57,993 nt of DNA from Cirrosporium novae-zelandiae (Eukaryota). This document shows, piece by piece, positions 38,421 to 50,403 of this stretch (the stretch's first letter is position 1; every line of letters starts with the position of its first letter). The position numbers and the translations under genes are program-made. The stretch lies in the NCBI GenBank assembly GCA_026023565.1, contig JAPETS010000005.1:930001-987993 (forward strand), written 5' to 3'. The notes beneath the pieces are model-generated. The model was not told where the DNA came from. It made no database searches and saw only the letters and a list, made by a program, of their open reading frames with translations.

Positions 38421-40314
38421 ATGCTCACCATGATCGAGAGATTTATTTTTGCGGCTTTGCTTTTCTCCCCAGCGTGGGCAGAACAGCCTCAAGCTCCTGC
38501 GCCTATCGCCGCGCCGTTAAGGGATCTACCATGGGGGCAAATCAACTTTCTACATACCACCGATACACATGGTTGGCATGCTGGCCATCTCCAGGAGTAT
38601 GCACATCTTTTCTAATAGCAGACTTCAAGACTGACTTCTTTATAGGCCATCTTATAGCGCTGACTGGGGCGATTATATTTCCTTTGCGGAACGGATGCGC
38701 GAGAAAGCCGATAAAGATGGAGTGGATTTATTACTTGTTGATACAGGCGACCGGGTGGAAGGTAACGGGCTCTACGATGCTTCGCACCCAAAGGGATTAT
38801 ACACCTCAGACATTCTGAAAGAACAGAATATAGATTTGATATGCTCTGGAAATCATGAGCTTTATAAGCAGAATACATCAGAGTTGGAATACACAAGAAC
38901 AGTACGAGACTTTAGAGGCAACTATCTTGCCTCAAATATAGATATCTATGATCCTGAGACGGGGGATCTGGTACCACTGGCACCAAGGTTTAAGAAATTC
39001 CAGACGAAAAATCAAGGCATACGGATTATGGCATTCGGGTTTCTTTTTGACTTTACTGGGAATTATAACAATACCGTCGTGCAGCCCGTTGCAGATACAC
39101 TTAAAGAGAAATGGTTCCAGGATGCGATTCGGGACCGAGAAATCGACCTTTTTGTTGTAATTGGACATTCGGCTGTTCAATCTGAAGAATTCCAGCGCAT
39201 CTTCAAGGAGATACGATCCGTTCAATGGGATACTCCTATTCAGTTTTTCGGAGGACACTTTCACATTCGTGATTACGCCAAATACGACCAGAACTCGTAT
39301 GGTCTGGCCAGCGGTCGTTATATGGAAACCATAGGTTTCATGTCGCTTTCAGGCGTCTCTACAGGAAAGGATGACAAGTTAATCTCTCCCAGAGCTGCTT
39401 CCACCTTCTCCCGCCGCTACATTGACAATAACCTTTACTCCTACTATCATCACACGGGTCTCAATTCAACTGCTTTCCCTACTAGCCATGGGCAAAATGT
39501 TTCAGCATTCATCAAGTCTGCTCGTCACGCTCTCCAGCTTGATAACACACTTGGCTGCGCGCCAGTCGATCTGTACACAAATCGCGTGAAATACCCCCAC
39601 GACCACAGTATCTACTCATGGGTCGAGCAGAAAGTTCTTCCGAAAGTTGTCTGTGATCCCTTTCGTTCAGAGATACCACGCCTTGCGATTCTCAACACTG
39701 GTTCTTTACGCTTTGATATCTTCAGGGGTGCATTTACCACGGATTCTACTTACATCGTCTCACCATTCACGAGTGGATTTCACTATATCAAAAATGTCCC
39801 ATACAAGAATGCTCAACGTCTACTTGCTGTGCTCAATAACGACGCGCCAATCCTTCAAGGGTTGGATTCCTCGCTGAAAACGTCAGTGCTGGCACCCCTC
39901 GAGCAACTAGCGTATTCAAATGATGTTATTGCTCCTCCAGTCGAAGAATCAATTTTAAGTGCGCCAGCGGGCGATCAAACGCCTCTGGGTGACTCCAACC
40001 CTACGGTCCCTCTCACGCCTGGTTATATCACCCATGACGATGGGGGCTCAGATGGTGATGATACCGTGCATGCCCCCATGTCCTTTTATCGTGTTCCCAA
40101 CTGCATTCAAGCTGAAATAGGCTTCTCCAGTAATAACGAACCAGAAACGGTGGATCTTGTGTTTATGGACTTCATCCAGCCGTGGGTATTACTGGGACTT
40201 AAATTTGTGGGGTTAGAATATGAACTGGAGGATGTAGAGGTGTACATGAATGGCACAACCTTTACGGATTTGCTGGGCGAATGGGTGCGAGAATATTGGA
40301 AGGGGGATTGTTAA
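38421..40314 (+). CDS. Secreted calcineurin-like metallophosphoesterase / 5'-nucleotidase family protein; intron 38597-38645
   Basis: Signal peptide, NFLHTTDTHGWH, DTGDRVEGNGL, GNHELY, GH, GGHFHIRD, SGRYMETIG. Start at 38421 or 38430. Confidence 0.93.
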
Positions 40315-41354
40315 GCTGTAGACGGGTATTAGTCACGGGTCAAGATAGAGGCTTATATATTAGGAAGCTGGGGATTGATGAATTTATAGATGGGGGGCCA
40401 CTAACTAGCATAAATTAATTTACTTGTCCTAATAATAACAAGGTAAACACCGTTGAGATAACGGCTGAAGTGCCAAGACAGTGGCTCAAGGATTATGAAG
40501 ATGACGTGTTGAGGTTATACAGAGCAATAGGTCGTCGCTGGAGCTGGAGCTGGAGCTATTAACAGGACTGTGGAAGAATGTGCAGCATATGCATATGCAG
40601 CTATTACTGGTAATGTTCCAGTGTTCCAAAGGAGTCCAAAGGAGTAGGAAGAAGAGTGGTTGGTTGGAATTAGTTTGTAGGGGTGAATTTGACATTGAAT
40701 GACATGGATATGGCTTGTTTGATGCACGGGGCTTTTTGAACATGGCGATGCCCTGTTCGCTCTGTTCTATGCCCAGTTCTGTGAAGTTCTCCCTTCTCCC
40801 CCCCCCTCTCCCCATCATAGTGGCCTGCAACTTCAACAGCCCGGAGCCGAAAAAAAAAAAAAAGACCCTTCCCCATCATCTTTTTCCCATCAGTGCCTTA
40901 ACTTTACTTTTTTTCTAACCCCTATCTTTTCCTCCGCCTTAGTTACTCTGCTTAGATTGCCTTTGGGATATCTTGCAGTCCAGGTAATTTCTGGCGATCC
41001 GTTGAAAAGTCTAAGAAGTCGTTGACTCGGCTTTCGCACGTGTACATATACATTATTGTCCGCACCACCACCATCGGATGATCGAATGCCTCTCGTTAAA
41101 AGATTCGTCAAACCCCGATTATCCAACATTTACTGGAGTCTTGAGCTTTGAGCTTTTTGAAGACATTCGTGACTGCGTACAAGTACAGACATCACTGCAC
41201 ACGAGGCTTTCTGGAACATAATAGCTATCGGCTGGGCCTCGCATAGCTTTTCTGTCACAGCTACAGCTCCCACATAGCTTAGCTAACCCCCCAAACTTCA
41301 AGTCACACAACTTACACATAATCCATCAATCAATCAAAGTCATCATCAATCATA

Positions 41355-42167
41355 ATGGCACGCAAACCAAGAACTCCCGTTACCCAATCGCCACCCCCGA
41401 AGCCAAAACCTATAACCCCATCGCTTCCGCCACTTCTTCCTGTCCTACCTGCCTTGAACACCACCTCCTTGGTGGCTGGAACTTCTATCCCACCTCCTCC
41501 ACCTTCACCTCCAATTTCACCACCAGGAAATCCGCTCTTCCAACATCCAGTTACCTCCTCCGCGATTCATACGAGTAATTCGCCTCAAGCGACGGAATCT
41601 CGTCCTCAAACCTCTCCTCTCCCTTCACCTACTTTGGGAAATCCCAGAACTCCGAATACGAAGCAATCTCTGCATCATCCACTAAGTCCTACCAGTACCA
41701 CCAGCACAGCTAGTAATGCTACTCACTCGAAGAAACGTCCTAGCACCACCAGCTCGATCCGTCGTCTCTTTTCTTTCAGATCCTTTAATTCGTCAAGCGA
41801 TAATTTCCTCAGCCCACCAAATCATCATAGTCCATTGTCTCACGAAGTCTACAATAATAACAATGCCGGCGCCTCAGGCAGCACTACCAGCCATCTTAAC
41901 AAAAGAAAGAGTATGGGATGGTTCAGGAAGGTTAGTGTTGGAAGTGACATGAACCCGGTGGACGCGGACCTGCAGAAATTACAACAAATAAGAACAAATC
42001 AGTCAACACAAGGGACGAGCTTGAATGGAATCGTAAACAGCCCGATACCTGAGAGAAAAGCAAGTCCACCACCACAGCTACAGCTGAGTGATGTGGTGAT
42101 GGGGGACACCAAAAAAGAAAGCGGAAGCATCTTAGGGGCAGAAGATATGTTCAAGGGGATCAAATAA
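41355..42167 (+). CDS. Pro/Ser-rich, probably disordered hypothetical protein (270 aa)
   Basis: Intact ORF with good start context (CATAATGG). Short motif-like elements IRRLFSFRS, KRKSMGWFRK, PPPQL and GAEDMFKGI. Confidence 0.75.
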   Translation: MARKPRTPVTQSPPPKPKPITPSLPPLLPVLPALNTTSLVAGTSIPPPPPSPPISPPGNPLFQHPVTSSAIHTSNSPQATESRPQTSPLPSPTLGNPRTPNTKQSLHHPLSPTSTTSTASNATHSKKRPSTTSSIRRLFSFRSFNSSSDNFLSPPNHHSPLSHEVYNNNNAGASGSTTSHLNKRKSMGWFRKVSVGSDMNPVDADLQKLQQIRTNQSTQGTSLNGIVNSPIPERKASPPPQLQLSDVVMGDTKKESGSILGAEDMFKGIK

Positions 42168-43289
42168 AAAGATACTAATCACTATCGAGGATAATACCAA
42201 CTCGAGCACTCAAGGAAAGAATGTGGTAATTGGATGGAGGGTGGGGGATTTCAAAGGCGAGAAAAATTGCGTGGGCATGAGATATTAATGAGGATTGGTG
42301 TTTCATTTTCGTGTCTTTTGATTTCTTTGGAGCAGATATATATACCTGGAGGGAAACCGTCGAAATTGGGTTGAATCCAATTGACGTTAAATGTCAAGGT
42401 GATTGGTGCAGAACTAGCAATGTCGATGGGTTCCTATTTGATGTTACTATCATGACTTGCTTGGTTTCAACGTGACAAAACGAAAATCAGCAAGCAGGTT
42501 ATTCTTTTTTTCGAAGTCTTTTTTGGGGGAGATATTGTGCTTTTATTTCTTGGAAGGGAGCGGAGAAACCACCACAGAGAATTGGAGTTTTTTTTGTTTT
42601 GGGAATTTTTTTTCTTTCAAATCCCATTCATCGTCGTTTTTATCATCATTGTTACGGAGTTCAAACAAACCCTTATCCATCATCGTCATCATCATCATCC
42701 AAACCCTCATTCCCTTTTTCCCCTTTTTTTGTGTGTTTTTCACTGCTTTGTCCATATAGTCAGTCTACGCATTCTACGCAAATCTTATTTGTCCATATCT
42801 ATATCTATGTGCTTATGTTCCGGATACCAATTACCATACCAAATACCTCTTTTGTCGGCTTTTTTCTCTCTCTTGTTTATTTCCTATTTTTATCTTTCTT
42901 ATTTTTTACCCAATCTATCTTATTTTATCTTATCTACTACCTATCTATCTATCAACCAATCAATCTGAATGTCTATTCAAAGGAAAACAAATATCGGTAG
43001 GAACTAAAAATAGTTCCTCCTTTCCAAAGTCCCGCTCCTCTTCTCTCGAGTGTGCGTTCCATGTTTAAAACATAAAAAAACGTGATTTCTGCGAGGTCTA
43101 GAGGTCATGCTTGCTAGGCTCAGGTTCATCCTCCGCTGGGCATAACTACTATCTGACCTAAAGGGACTTACGCCTTATCCATGCACTCACTCCCTCACCC
43201 ATTCCTGCGGCGTAAAACACCTCCCCTCTCAAGTAGTAACACCCGCCACTACCATCATTATTATCACCCACTACTAATAGCAATAGCCG

Positions 43290-44120
43290 CATATAGCTAT
43301 ATGTATGCATGTATATATGCAGGTCCCCATGTTCTCTGCTCCCTGATCCCTTGCTCTACATTATGCATTATTTTATGCATGCACACGCACATGCAGGTAC
43401 AATATATATTTATGTATGTATGTATGCATATAAGAACACTAATGCTGATACAGATACAGTACCAGTATACAGTATGGACCAATCACTCTCAACTAGCGAG
43501 CGCTTTTGAGAATCGGCATATATGTGTGTGTGCGTCTGTGTGTGTATTGTATGTACGTATCCAACTCCCCAAATTCCCTATTCCTTAATGTATTCGCATT
43601 TGCATGCACATACATATGCAGGTACAACATATATTTATACATGCATATATAGAAGAACATTAATATTGATACTGGTACAGTGCCAGTATACAGTATGAAC
43701 CAATTACTTTCACTATCTAGCGCGCTTAAGAATCGGAACTCAATGCCTGCCTGTTATTTATGGCATATGGTATGTATGTATGTATGTATGTATATATATG
43801 TATGTAGGTATGTATTGTCGAACGCCATAAATACCAGGTTGGGTTCGATTCCCAAAAGCACTAGTGATTGGTTACACACTAGTATCGGTGTGTTCCTCTA
43901 CACGTTCCTTACTCCCTGCTTGTTCCCTATTTCCCTACTCCCTTATTCCCTGCTCCATTCGCAAGTGCATGCACATATACATGCAGGTACAACATATATT
44001 TATGCATTGATATACATTACTAGAGTACATGTATGTATGTATGTATGTATGTATTACTGGACCTTCCTTTACTCCCCTGCTTTATTCCCTATTTCCTATT
44101 CCCTTACCCCTTATTCTATA
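43290..44120 (+). repeat. Three diverged dispersed direct repeats plus (TATG)n microsatellites
   Basis: TGCATGCACA.....ATGCAGGTACAA.ATATATTTAT at ~43376, ~43601 and ~43966. CCAGTATACAGTATG.ACCAAT occurs twice. TTACTCCCTGC/TTCCCTATTTCC blocks are repeated. Confidence 0.75.
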
Positions 44121-45504
44121 CAGCGTAAAAGTTATATGCATGGAACCGGGGGGACACGAGGACCATGAATGGGGATAAGGGGATGTCGGAATACAATTGA
44201 TGGGATGGAATGAGATGGGGATAGCTAGGTTAGGTTAGTTTAGGTTAGGTTAGGTTAGGGTTCGTAGAGGCGAGGGATGAGGGATTTGTGTGTGTGTGTG
44301 TGTGTATATGCATGTATGTATAGTAACATCTGTTATCTTTTCTTTTTTCTCTTTTTTCCCTTTTAATAAATTTTTTTTTTTTGGAGGATAAGAGAGAGAG
44401 AGAGGAGGAGAGGGTCAGAAGATATGGGGGGGAGGGATTTAACGTATATGCATATACATATAGTTGTGACCTAGGAGGAGGGGGAATGGGGAGGGAAGTG
44501 GAAGTTGGAAGTTGGAAGTTGGAAGTTTTACTGTTATGTTACAAGGCACAAGGCACAAGGCACAAGGCACAAGGCAGGTAGGTTCATATATATATCCTAT
44601 ATTCCATATCTTATGCTAATTAATACTGTGGGGGTACTCCTAAGCATTGAACTGAGTTGAGTAGGATGGGATATTCCACACATCCTACGACCCTCTCTTT
44701 TTTTTTTGGCTTGGGGCTTTGGTAAGGGGATGGATGAGGTGGAATGAAGATGGGTGGGAAAGGAGGAGTTATTTTTTTTTTTTTTAGGGTTTTGGTTTTG
44801 TGTTTTGTGGGAGATGGGAGGATGGGAAGAGAGGGGTTTAAGGTAGGTAGGTAGGCAGGTAGGTAGGTGTAGTATAGTACTAGGCTGGGTTGGGTTGGGG
44901 ATATGGATGGATGGGGTTGAGGGTGGATATGCGGATAGATATAGATGGGTGTTAGTTGAGACTACTTGATTGATTCATTCGTAAGTCACTGGGATAATTA
45001 TCATTATTACTATGAAGCTTAGATTGAGATTAAAGCTAAATTTTCTACCCTCTTTTCTCGGTTGATCCTTTCCTCCTTTCCTTCCTACTTTCTAACCCCT
45101 TTGCAAATGCGTTTTGGATACCAAAACCTGAGATCTGAGATTGAGATTGAGTCTGCGGTTTTTTTGTTGGCATATTGGGCTTTATGGAGAGTAGTAGTAG
45201 CACATATGAGATCTGCCAGGATTCAGCTGACTAGCTGGCTAGCCGTGGGTGCTCTTCTTCTCTCTTTTGGTTTTTTGGATGCGGTGGGTATTGAATGTGG
45301 TTGTCAAGGATGAGGGGGGGGGGGTTGGATTGATCTTCATGACTATGGTAGGAACATCGTTCAAAGTGTCGAACTCCATTTTGCGCTGAGAGTATATGGT
45401 TCAGGACTGGTCTACCTATGGATGGAATATCAAGTGTTCAGTCGCCAAAGAAGATGATCGCACGACGACAACGACAACGACAACGACGACGGTGAAGCTA
45501 CTCT

Positions 45505-47646
45505 TCAAGGTTTCACTCCCACTTTCTTCGACGTTTGACTAGAATTGGTTCCCAGTTTTTTGGGACCCGCAGAGCTTGTCGCCTGCTTCAAGCCCGGTTT
45601 AGCTTGTGAAGGTGTTCGATTATTCACAACACTTACCCCAGCAGTCTTATTGACCTCTAGGTTCTTCTTCGGTGTAGTGGTGGTAGGTTTCTTGATTGAT
45701 AGACTTATCTGGCTGGGTTGTTTTACGGCTTGCAGTTTTGGTTGGACCTTCTTCTGTACTGGAGTGTTTACTTGCTTTCCGTTTGGGACCCTTGATGGCG
45801 AGGGATTGGCCTGAGCTTGAGGTTTTGGTGCAGCGTTCTGTGGTGTGAGACCTCCTTGCTGCGGCGGCTTCGGCGCTGTGGTTGCTTTCTGTTTGCTTAC
45901 TTGCAATTTGGGTGCTGCGCTTGAAGTAGGTTTTACAGCCGGTGGCCTTGGGGTTATCTTTGGTTGTTGCCTGATGGTTGGCTTTTGTACAGCTAGAGCA
46001 GCTTTCTGAGGCTTCTTAGCGACACTGACTTGGTTTTTTAGAGGAGTTGTTTTGACGGGCGCTTTTTTAATTATAGGCATTCTGACCACGGGCTTTTGTG
46101 GCCCTGTTGCTTGGGTGTTAGCTATCTTTGATCCTGGAGCAGTCAACAACTTCCGTTGAGGTGCTTTGAGAGCGGGCTTTTTCGCTTGAATCGTCGGTAT
46201 CCTTCCCTTGGGTATTTTGCTAAAAACTTGTGGCATTGCACCTGTCAGTAATTTCATTTGGTTTCCTATGACCTTGTTTGGCTGGAAATTTCCAAGTTTG
46301 CTGATCACAGCCTTCTTTTGTATGGCTTGTTTCTTGAGAGACTTAATGAAATTCTTAGGCAGGGCTCCGTAGAACGAATACAATACCAAAGCTAGTAGAC
46401 CGAGTGGTGCGAAGCATTGCAGGAATTCATACAGATAGTTTGTTTTAACTTCTGTCTCGATATAACCTGCACCTCGTCGAAGATGACCGTCGGGACCCTT
46501 TTCAACACCCGTATCAGCAGGAAAACGTCCAGTACGAAGATACTGATCGATGAGCATGTCCTTTTCCATCCAACGTGCTCTAAGCCAAATTTCAAAGGCC
46601 TTGGAGTCATCAATAGGAATGGTGGAGATTCTGAATCGTCTCCAATACATGTTGACAGACTTGGGTGCACGGCCTTGGAAGTAAGAGGCCTTGAGGGTGA
46701 AAATATCTTGTGCATACTGCCCATGAGGAACGCCTTCATAGGCAATTGTACAATCATAAATATAGTCGACGGTGCCACGCATCTGCTGCAAACAGAACTG
46801 AAGCCCGGTGCTTCGTGGTAGCAGCTGATGCTGCATATCAGGGATTCCATTCTTGTCTGCCCATCTCTTACTCGACTCCCTTGTGCTTGGAGCGAGATTC
46901 GTTCCTTCAGGGAACATCATCAGCCACATTGGAACAGACTTTTCGTTGAGTTTCTGTAGGTTTTTCGCCAGATTAGGTTTGTCCTTCTCCCAGTTTCGCT
47001 TGAGAAAGATAAATTGGAAGAGCTGCATGCCCCATCCAATGACAGGTATTCTCTTCAAAGACTCTTTTAGGATAATGTAAATCCTACCGTGCATCCCGTT
47101 AGTGTATGCTATCCACCACAGGTACAACCAGTCCGTATATATCTATGTCATTTTAGCATTTATGCCTTTGGTTTATGCAGTATGAAGTACCTGATGATTG
47201 CAGATCAAGAAGAGCCTTTCTGGAAAATTGCATAGCAGTCTTCCATCTGTTGTCTGCAGCAGCTGCCCCCTAACACTCTTATCCCCACTAATCCTCATAA
47301 TAGTAGGTGCCCAGCACTGGGTCATGACCATCGTAAGCAGTCCAAATGACTGTTTCGTGAATGCAATCCAAGCATTATACCAATCTCTATTTACGAGATA
47401 TAACGGGGATCCGAGAAGTTGTGATACATTGATCCTGCAGTTCACATAACGATCAGTAGGCATGAAATGTTAGACAGGGGAGGAATCTTACGCCATGCAA
47501 CCAGAAAGAAAATAAGATCCCAAGGCCACTGCCCTCGTAATCTGCGAATCCAATATCCCCCCATTTTTGAGTGGGCTTGCAGGAAGTAATGCCTCCTTGG
47601 TGTCCAGTTTGAGGCCTTCACCAAAATCTGGTTTGAACACCGGCAT
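45505..47646 (-). CDS. CST26: Lysophospholipid acyltransferase (PlsC family, Cst26-like), ~678 aa with long Lys/Pro/Gln-rich tail; exons 47646-47492, 47434-47191, 47142-45505
   Basis: NHQIYTDW (HxxxxD, across intron), ILKESLKRIPVIGWGM, FIFLKRNW, FPEGTN, LLPRSTGL, YDCTIAY. The symbol is a best guess at orthology. Confidence 0.88.
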
Positions 47647-48133
47647 GGTTTCTTTGATCGGGTCCAAAAACTGAAAGGGTAAATAATTACTTTATTTCAG
47701 AAATAATAAAAAGAGAAATTGAGGCGCGAGCTTCAAGCTCAATTGTAGGCGCCATCCGATGTTTATGAGATGCACGGCCACACGGATTTTGTTCCGTTGA
47801 AGCTTTCTTAGCTGTGTGACCTTGCCACTTGAGGTGGCGGACATGATGTCAATAATATATAATACATGGGCAGAGTACATGTCACAATTGGAGGAGAGGC
47901 TTTAGATTCCCTGGTTCAAGTTGTACCACTGACATTCTGCATTAAGATTGATGCTTTCTTTCGCCCCTTGTTTTAGAAAAGTTGGAAGTTGGAAAGCCTC
48001 ATATGACATCAACGCTCCTCTTCCCAACTTTAATAAACGACTAATTACCCCACCGCCACACCATCTACATATCATCCATCTCCCTCTCCTTTTTCACGGA
48101 TTCTTTATCGAAGAATCCTTAACTAAAATCCAA

Positions 48134-48595
48134 ATGCCTAATATCTCTTTTGATATCTTCTTCAACGAAGATATCATCAACCTTACTGCATCCAGATCCA
48201 ACGGTGCTCCCAAAGTCAAACCTGCCTGGAAAGTCAGGTCTGCCCCGAAGCTCGAAATCAGACAGGCTCCAAAACCAAAAGATCTTCCTCCATCTGCTTG
48301 GGCAACCCCTAAGCGGCATATCGAGTCTCCAAAACCGAGAGTAACTGAACTCCCCGAGTCTAGGCCTCCTACCAAGAAGATCGAAGCTCCAAAGTCTACC
48401 CCAAAGGTTGAGGCACCGAAAGCCGAGACTGCTCCAAAGGTAGAAAACCCCAAAGCTCCGAAGCTCAAGGATACACCTAGGTCACCATCCCAGGTCAGTA
48501 CTGCCAAAAAGCCAATTCCTAAGCTCAAGGAAGCATCCGCCACCAGAGGAACATCCAAAGTCGGAGATAGAGCAAACCGTTTCGCTCGCGAATAA
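48134..48595 (+). CDS. Lys/Pro-rich hypothetical protein (~153 aa)
   Basis: ORF from CAAATG with repeated EAPK/APK motifs and coding-like composition. Confidence 0.6.
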   Translation: MPNISFDIFFNEDIINLTASRSNGAPKVKPAWKVRSAPKLEIRQAPKPKDLPPSAWATPKRHIESPKPRVTELPESRPPTKKIEAPKSTPKVEAPKAETAPKVENPKAPKLKDTPRSPSQVSTAKKPIPKLKEASATRGTSKVGDRANRFARE

Positions 48596-48623
48596 ATTTT
48601 CAGCTATTCTGCTTAACTGAAAC

Positions 48624-49256
48624 ATGGCTGGCTGGATCGCTGGAGCCATTTCCGACTACGTTAGTGGATACGTTCAGGGAGCCGTCCAAAAAGCTGGCGG
48701 CTTTGCTGGGGGTGCTGTCTGCGTGGTTGGAGAAGGCATCAATGGTGTAGGGAGGGGCATTGAAGGCAGCATACGGCGTTATGGTGATGGCACAAAAGAT
48801 TACGGTAATGCAATCAAGGATTGGACAAAAGCAGACGGGGTTAGAGCTGGTACTGCATCGAACCCTCTAGGATTATCCGATACGACAGGGGGCGGAAAGA
48901 GAGCTGTTTATGGTGGTTTTAAACCAACAGCAGCGTTGCCTGCGCCCGCAAAAAAATCACTACCCGTCAACAATACCAAGGTTCCATCGTCAAAAGCTCT
49001 GCCAGCCCCCAATCCGAAGGCAAACAGTACGGTGGTACGAAGTGCAGTCAAACCCACAACAACCAGCAACCCTGCTAGACCGAACAGTGTCAAGAATAGT
49101 GTTCCAAAAGCATTACCGTCTGGGCCGACGAAAAAATATGGGGGCACGAACTTGCCCAAAACAAACTTGCCCAAGACGAACTTGCCCAAAACAAACTTAC
49201 CAAAAACAAATTTGCCCAAGACTAATGTGAGTCGGAATGGAACCATTAGGAAATGA
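48624..49256 (+). CDS. Hypothetical protein (210 aa): Gly-rich amphipathic N-half, Lys/Pro-rich C-half with TNLPK repeats
   Basis: Good start context AACATGG. The segment GRGIEGSIRRYGDGTKDYGNAIKDWTKADGVRAGTASNPLGL looks conserved. Confidence 0.8.
   Translation: MAGWIAGAISDYVSGYVQGAVQKAGGFAGGAVCVVGEGINGVGRGIEGSIRRYGDGTKDYGNAIKDWTKADGVRAGTASNPLGLSDTTGGGKRAVYGGFKPTAALPAPAKKSLPVNNTKVPSSKALPAPNPKANSTVVRSAVKPTTTSNPARPNSVKNSVPKALPSGPTKKYGGTNLPKTNLPKTNLPKTNLPKTNLPKTNVSRNGTIRK
49146..49220 (+). repeat. Coding 15-bp repeat x5 (TNLPK)
   Basis: acgaacttgcccaaa/acaaacttgcccaag/acgaacttgcccaaa/acaaacttaccaaaa/acaaatttgcccaag; differences are synonymous only. Confidence 0.92.
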
Positions 49257-50403
49257 GGTGTCAAGGCCTAAGTGGGTAGATGCAGCAGGATTTCTTTTGT
49301 GGTACACAACTTCAATTCGCATTGGTTCATCTGGCTTTTCGGGTTATGGTAACATGATCATTCGCTCTCAACCATTAGGATATTGATTTGATGATTTTTG
49401 ATATGAAAGTAAACGATTTTTATCTTGACACGTTTTGTATGGGTAGACGTATCAATAATTCAAGGGAAATTATCTTTATGGGCATTGTAATGAATAATAA
49501 ACGTTAATTTAATCAAGCAGGATGTTTGAGGTACAGATCCAGTGACATGTCATTCTCTTTGTATGACGGGAGATATCATACTACCGGCCATGATAGGGGA
49601 AAATCCTAGTTCGGCAAAGGCTTCCCCAAGTGTGCCCAAAATGGCCCGAGTCACCGTAGACTTCACCGTATTGGTTCGACCGGTAAAATAATCATCCTTA
49701 ACCATCAACACTACCACAAATGAGCCTAGCTGTAGATCACCTACATAGCTTAACCCATCTTCTTCTCCTAACATCCTCCCTACTTTTACTTTCTTTTTAT
49801 TTTTACAATCATATCTGTTATGGCCAAACACGTGCAAGATTTTAGTTACAGCATTCACCTTTGGGGGGTATAACATGCTAGGACCACCCAAGCTGTATAT
49901 ACTTCCCAGATGGTGAAACATTATATACTCGTCTCTATATATTCTAATACGACCATCGCCGAAACTATATTATTTTCCGAGAGAATGGCAAGTTCAAAAT
50001 GTTTTTTATTAATTAGGTTGTTTTGTATCTGTGTGTATGGGCTTTTGTTTATGAAAATTTGTTACTATCCATTAACCACTTCCCAAACGTGTTTTTGCTT
50101 TGATCGTCGCTATGGTGAGATTTATTGAGTTTTGTTTAATTAAGGAAATTTTTATTTACTTTTTCTTCTAGTATATTTTTTCTATTTGGGAGCCAAGGTT
50201 CATCTATCTTGAAAATCTTAGTTTTACTTGCAAAGGCTTTGTTCCATTATTCCAGAGATCTTCCAAGCTCTTCTGAGATTTCCATCACCTAGTTATTACC
50301 GTAGTCTAACCTCGACTGCAACCCACTGAACTAAGAAGCGTCAGCACTCTCGCCAGTCAATCACCCTACCCAAAACGTAACTAAGTTCCAAAGTACTGCA
50401 ACT

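Noticed and set aside
15621..40314. ISN1 plus secreted 5'-nucleotidase as a functional cluster
   Set aside because: About 21 kb apart, unrelated folds, separated by unrelated genes.
43839..43855. Intact tRNA gene
   Set aside because: Only the T-arm is present; no cloverleaf can be folded.
44229..44260. Telomere or telomerase template ((TTAGG)n here; CCCTAAC at ~57884-57900)
   Set aside because: Short imperfect runs among many other microsatellites; no (TTAGGG)n array.
49550..49921. 123-aa minus-strand ORF
   Set aside because: No recognisable motif or supported gene structure; could be a relic but cannot be supported.
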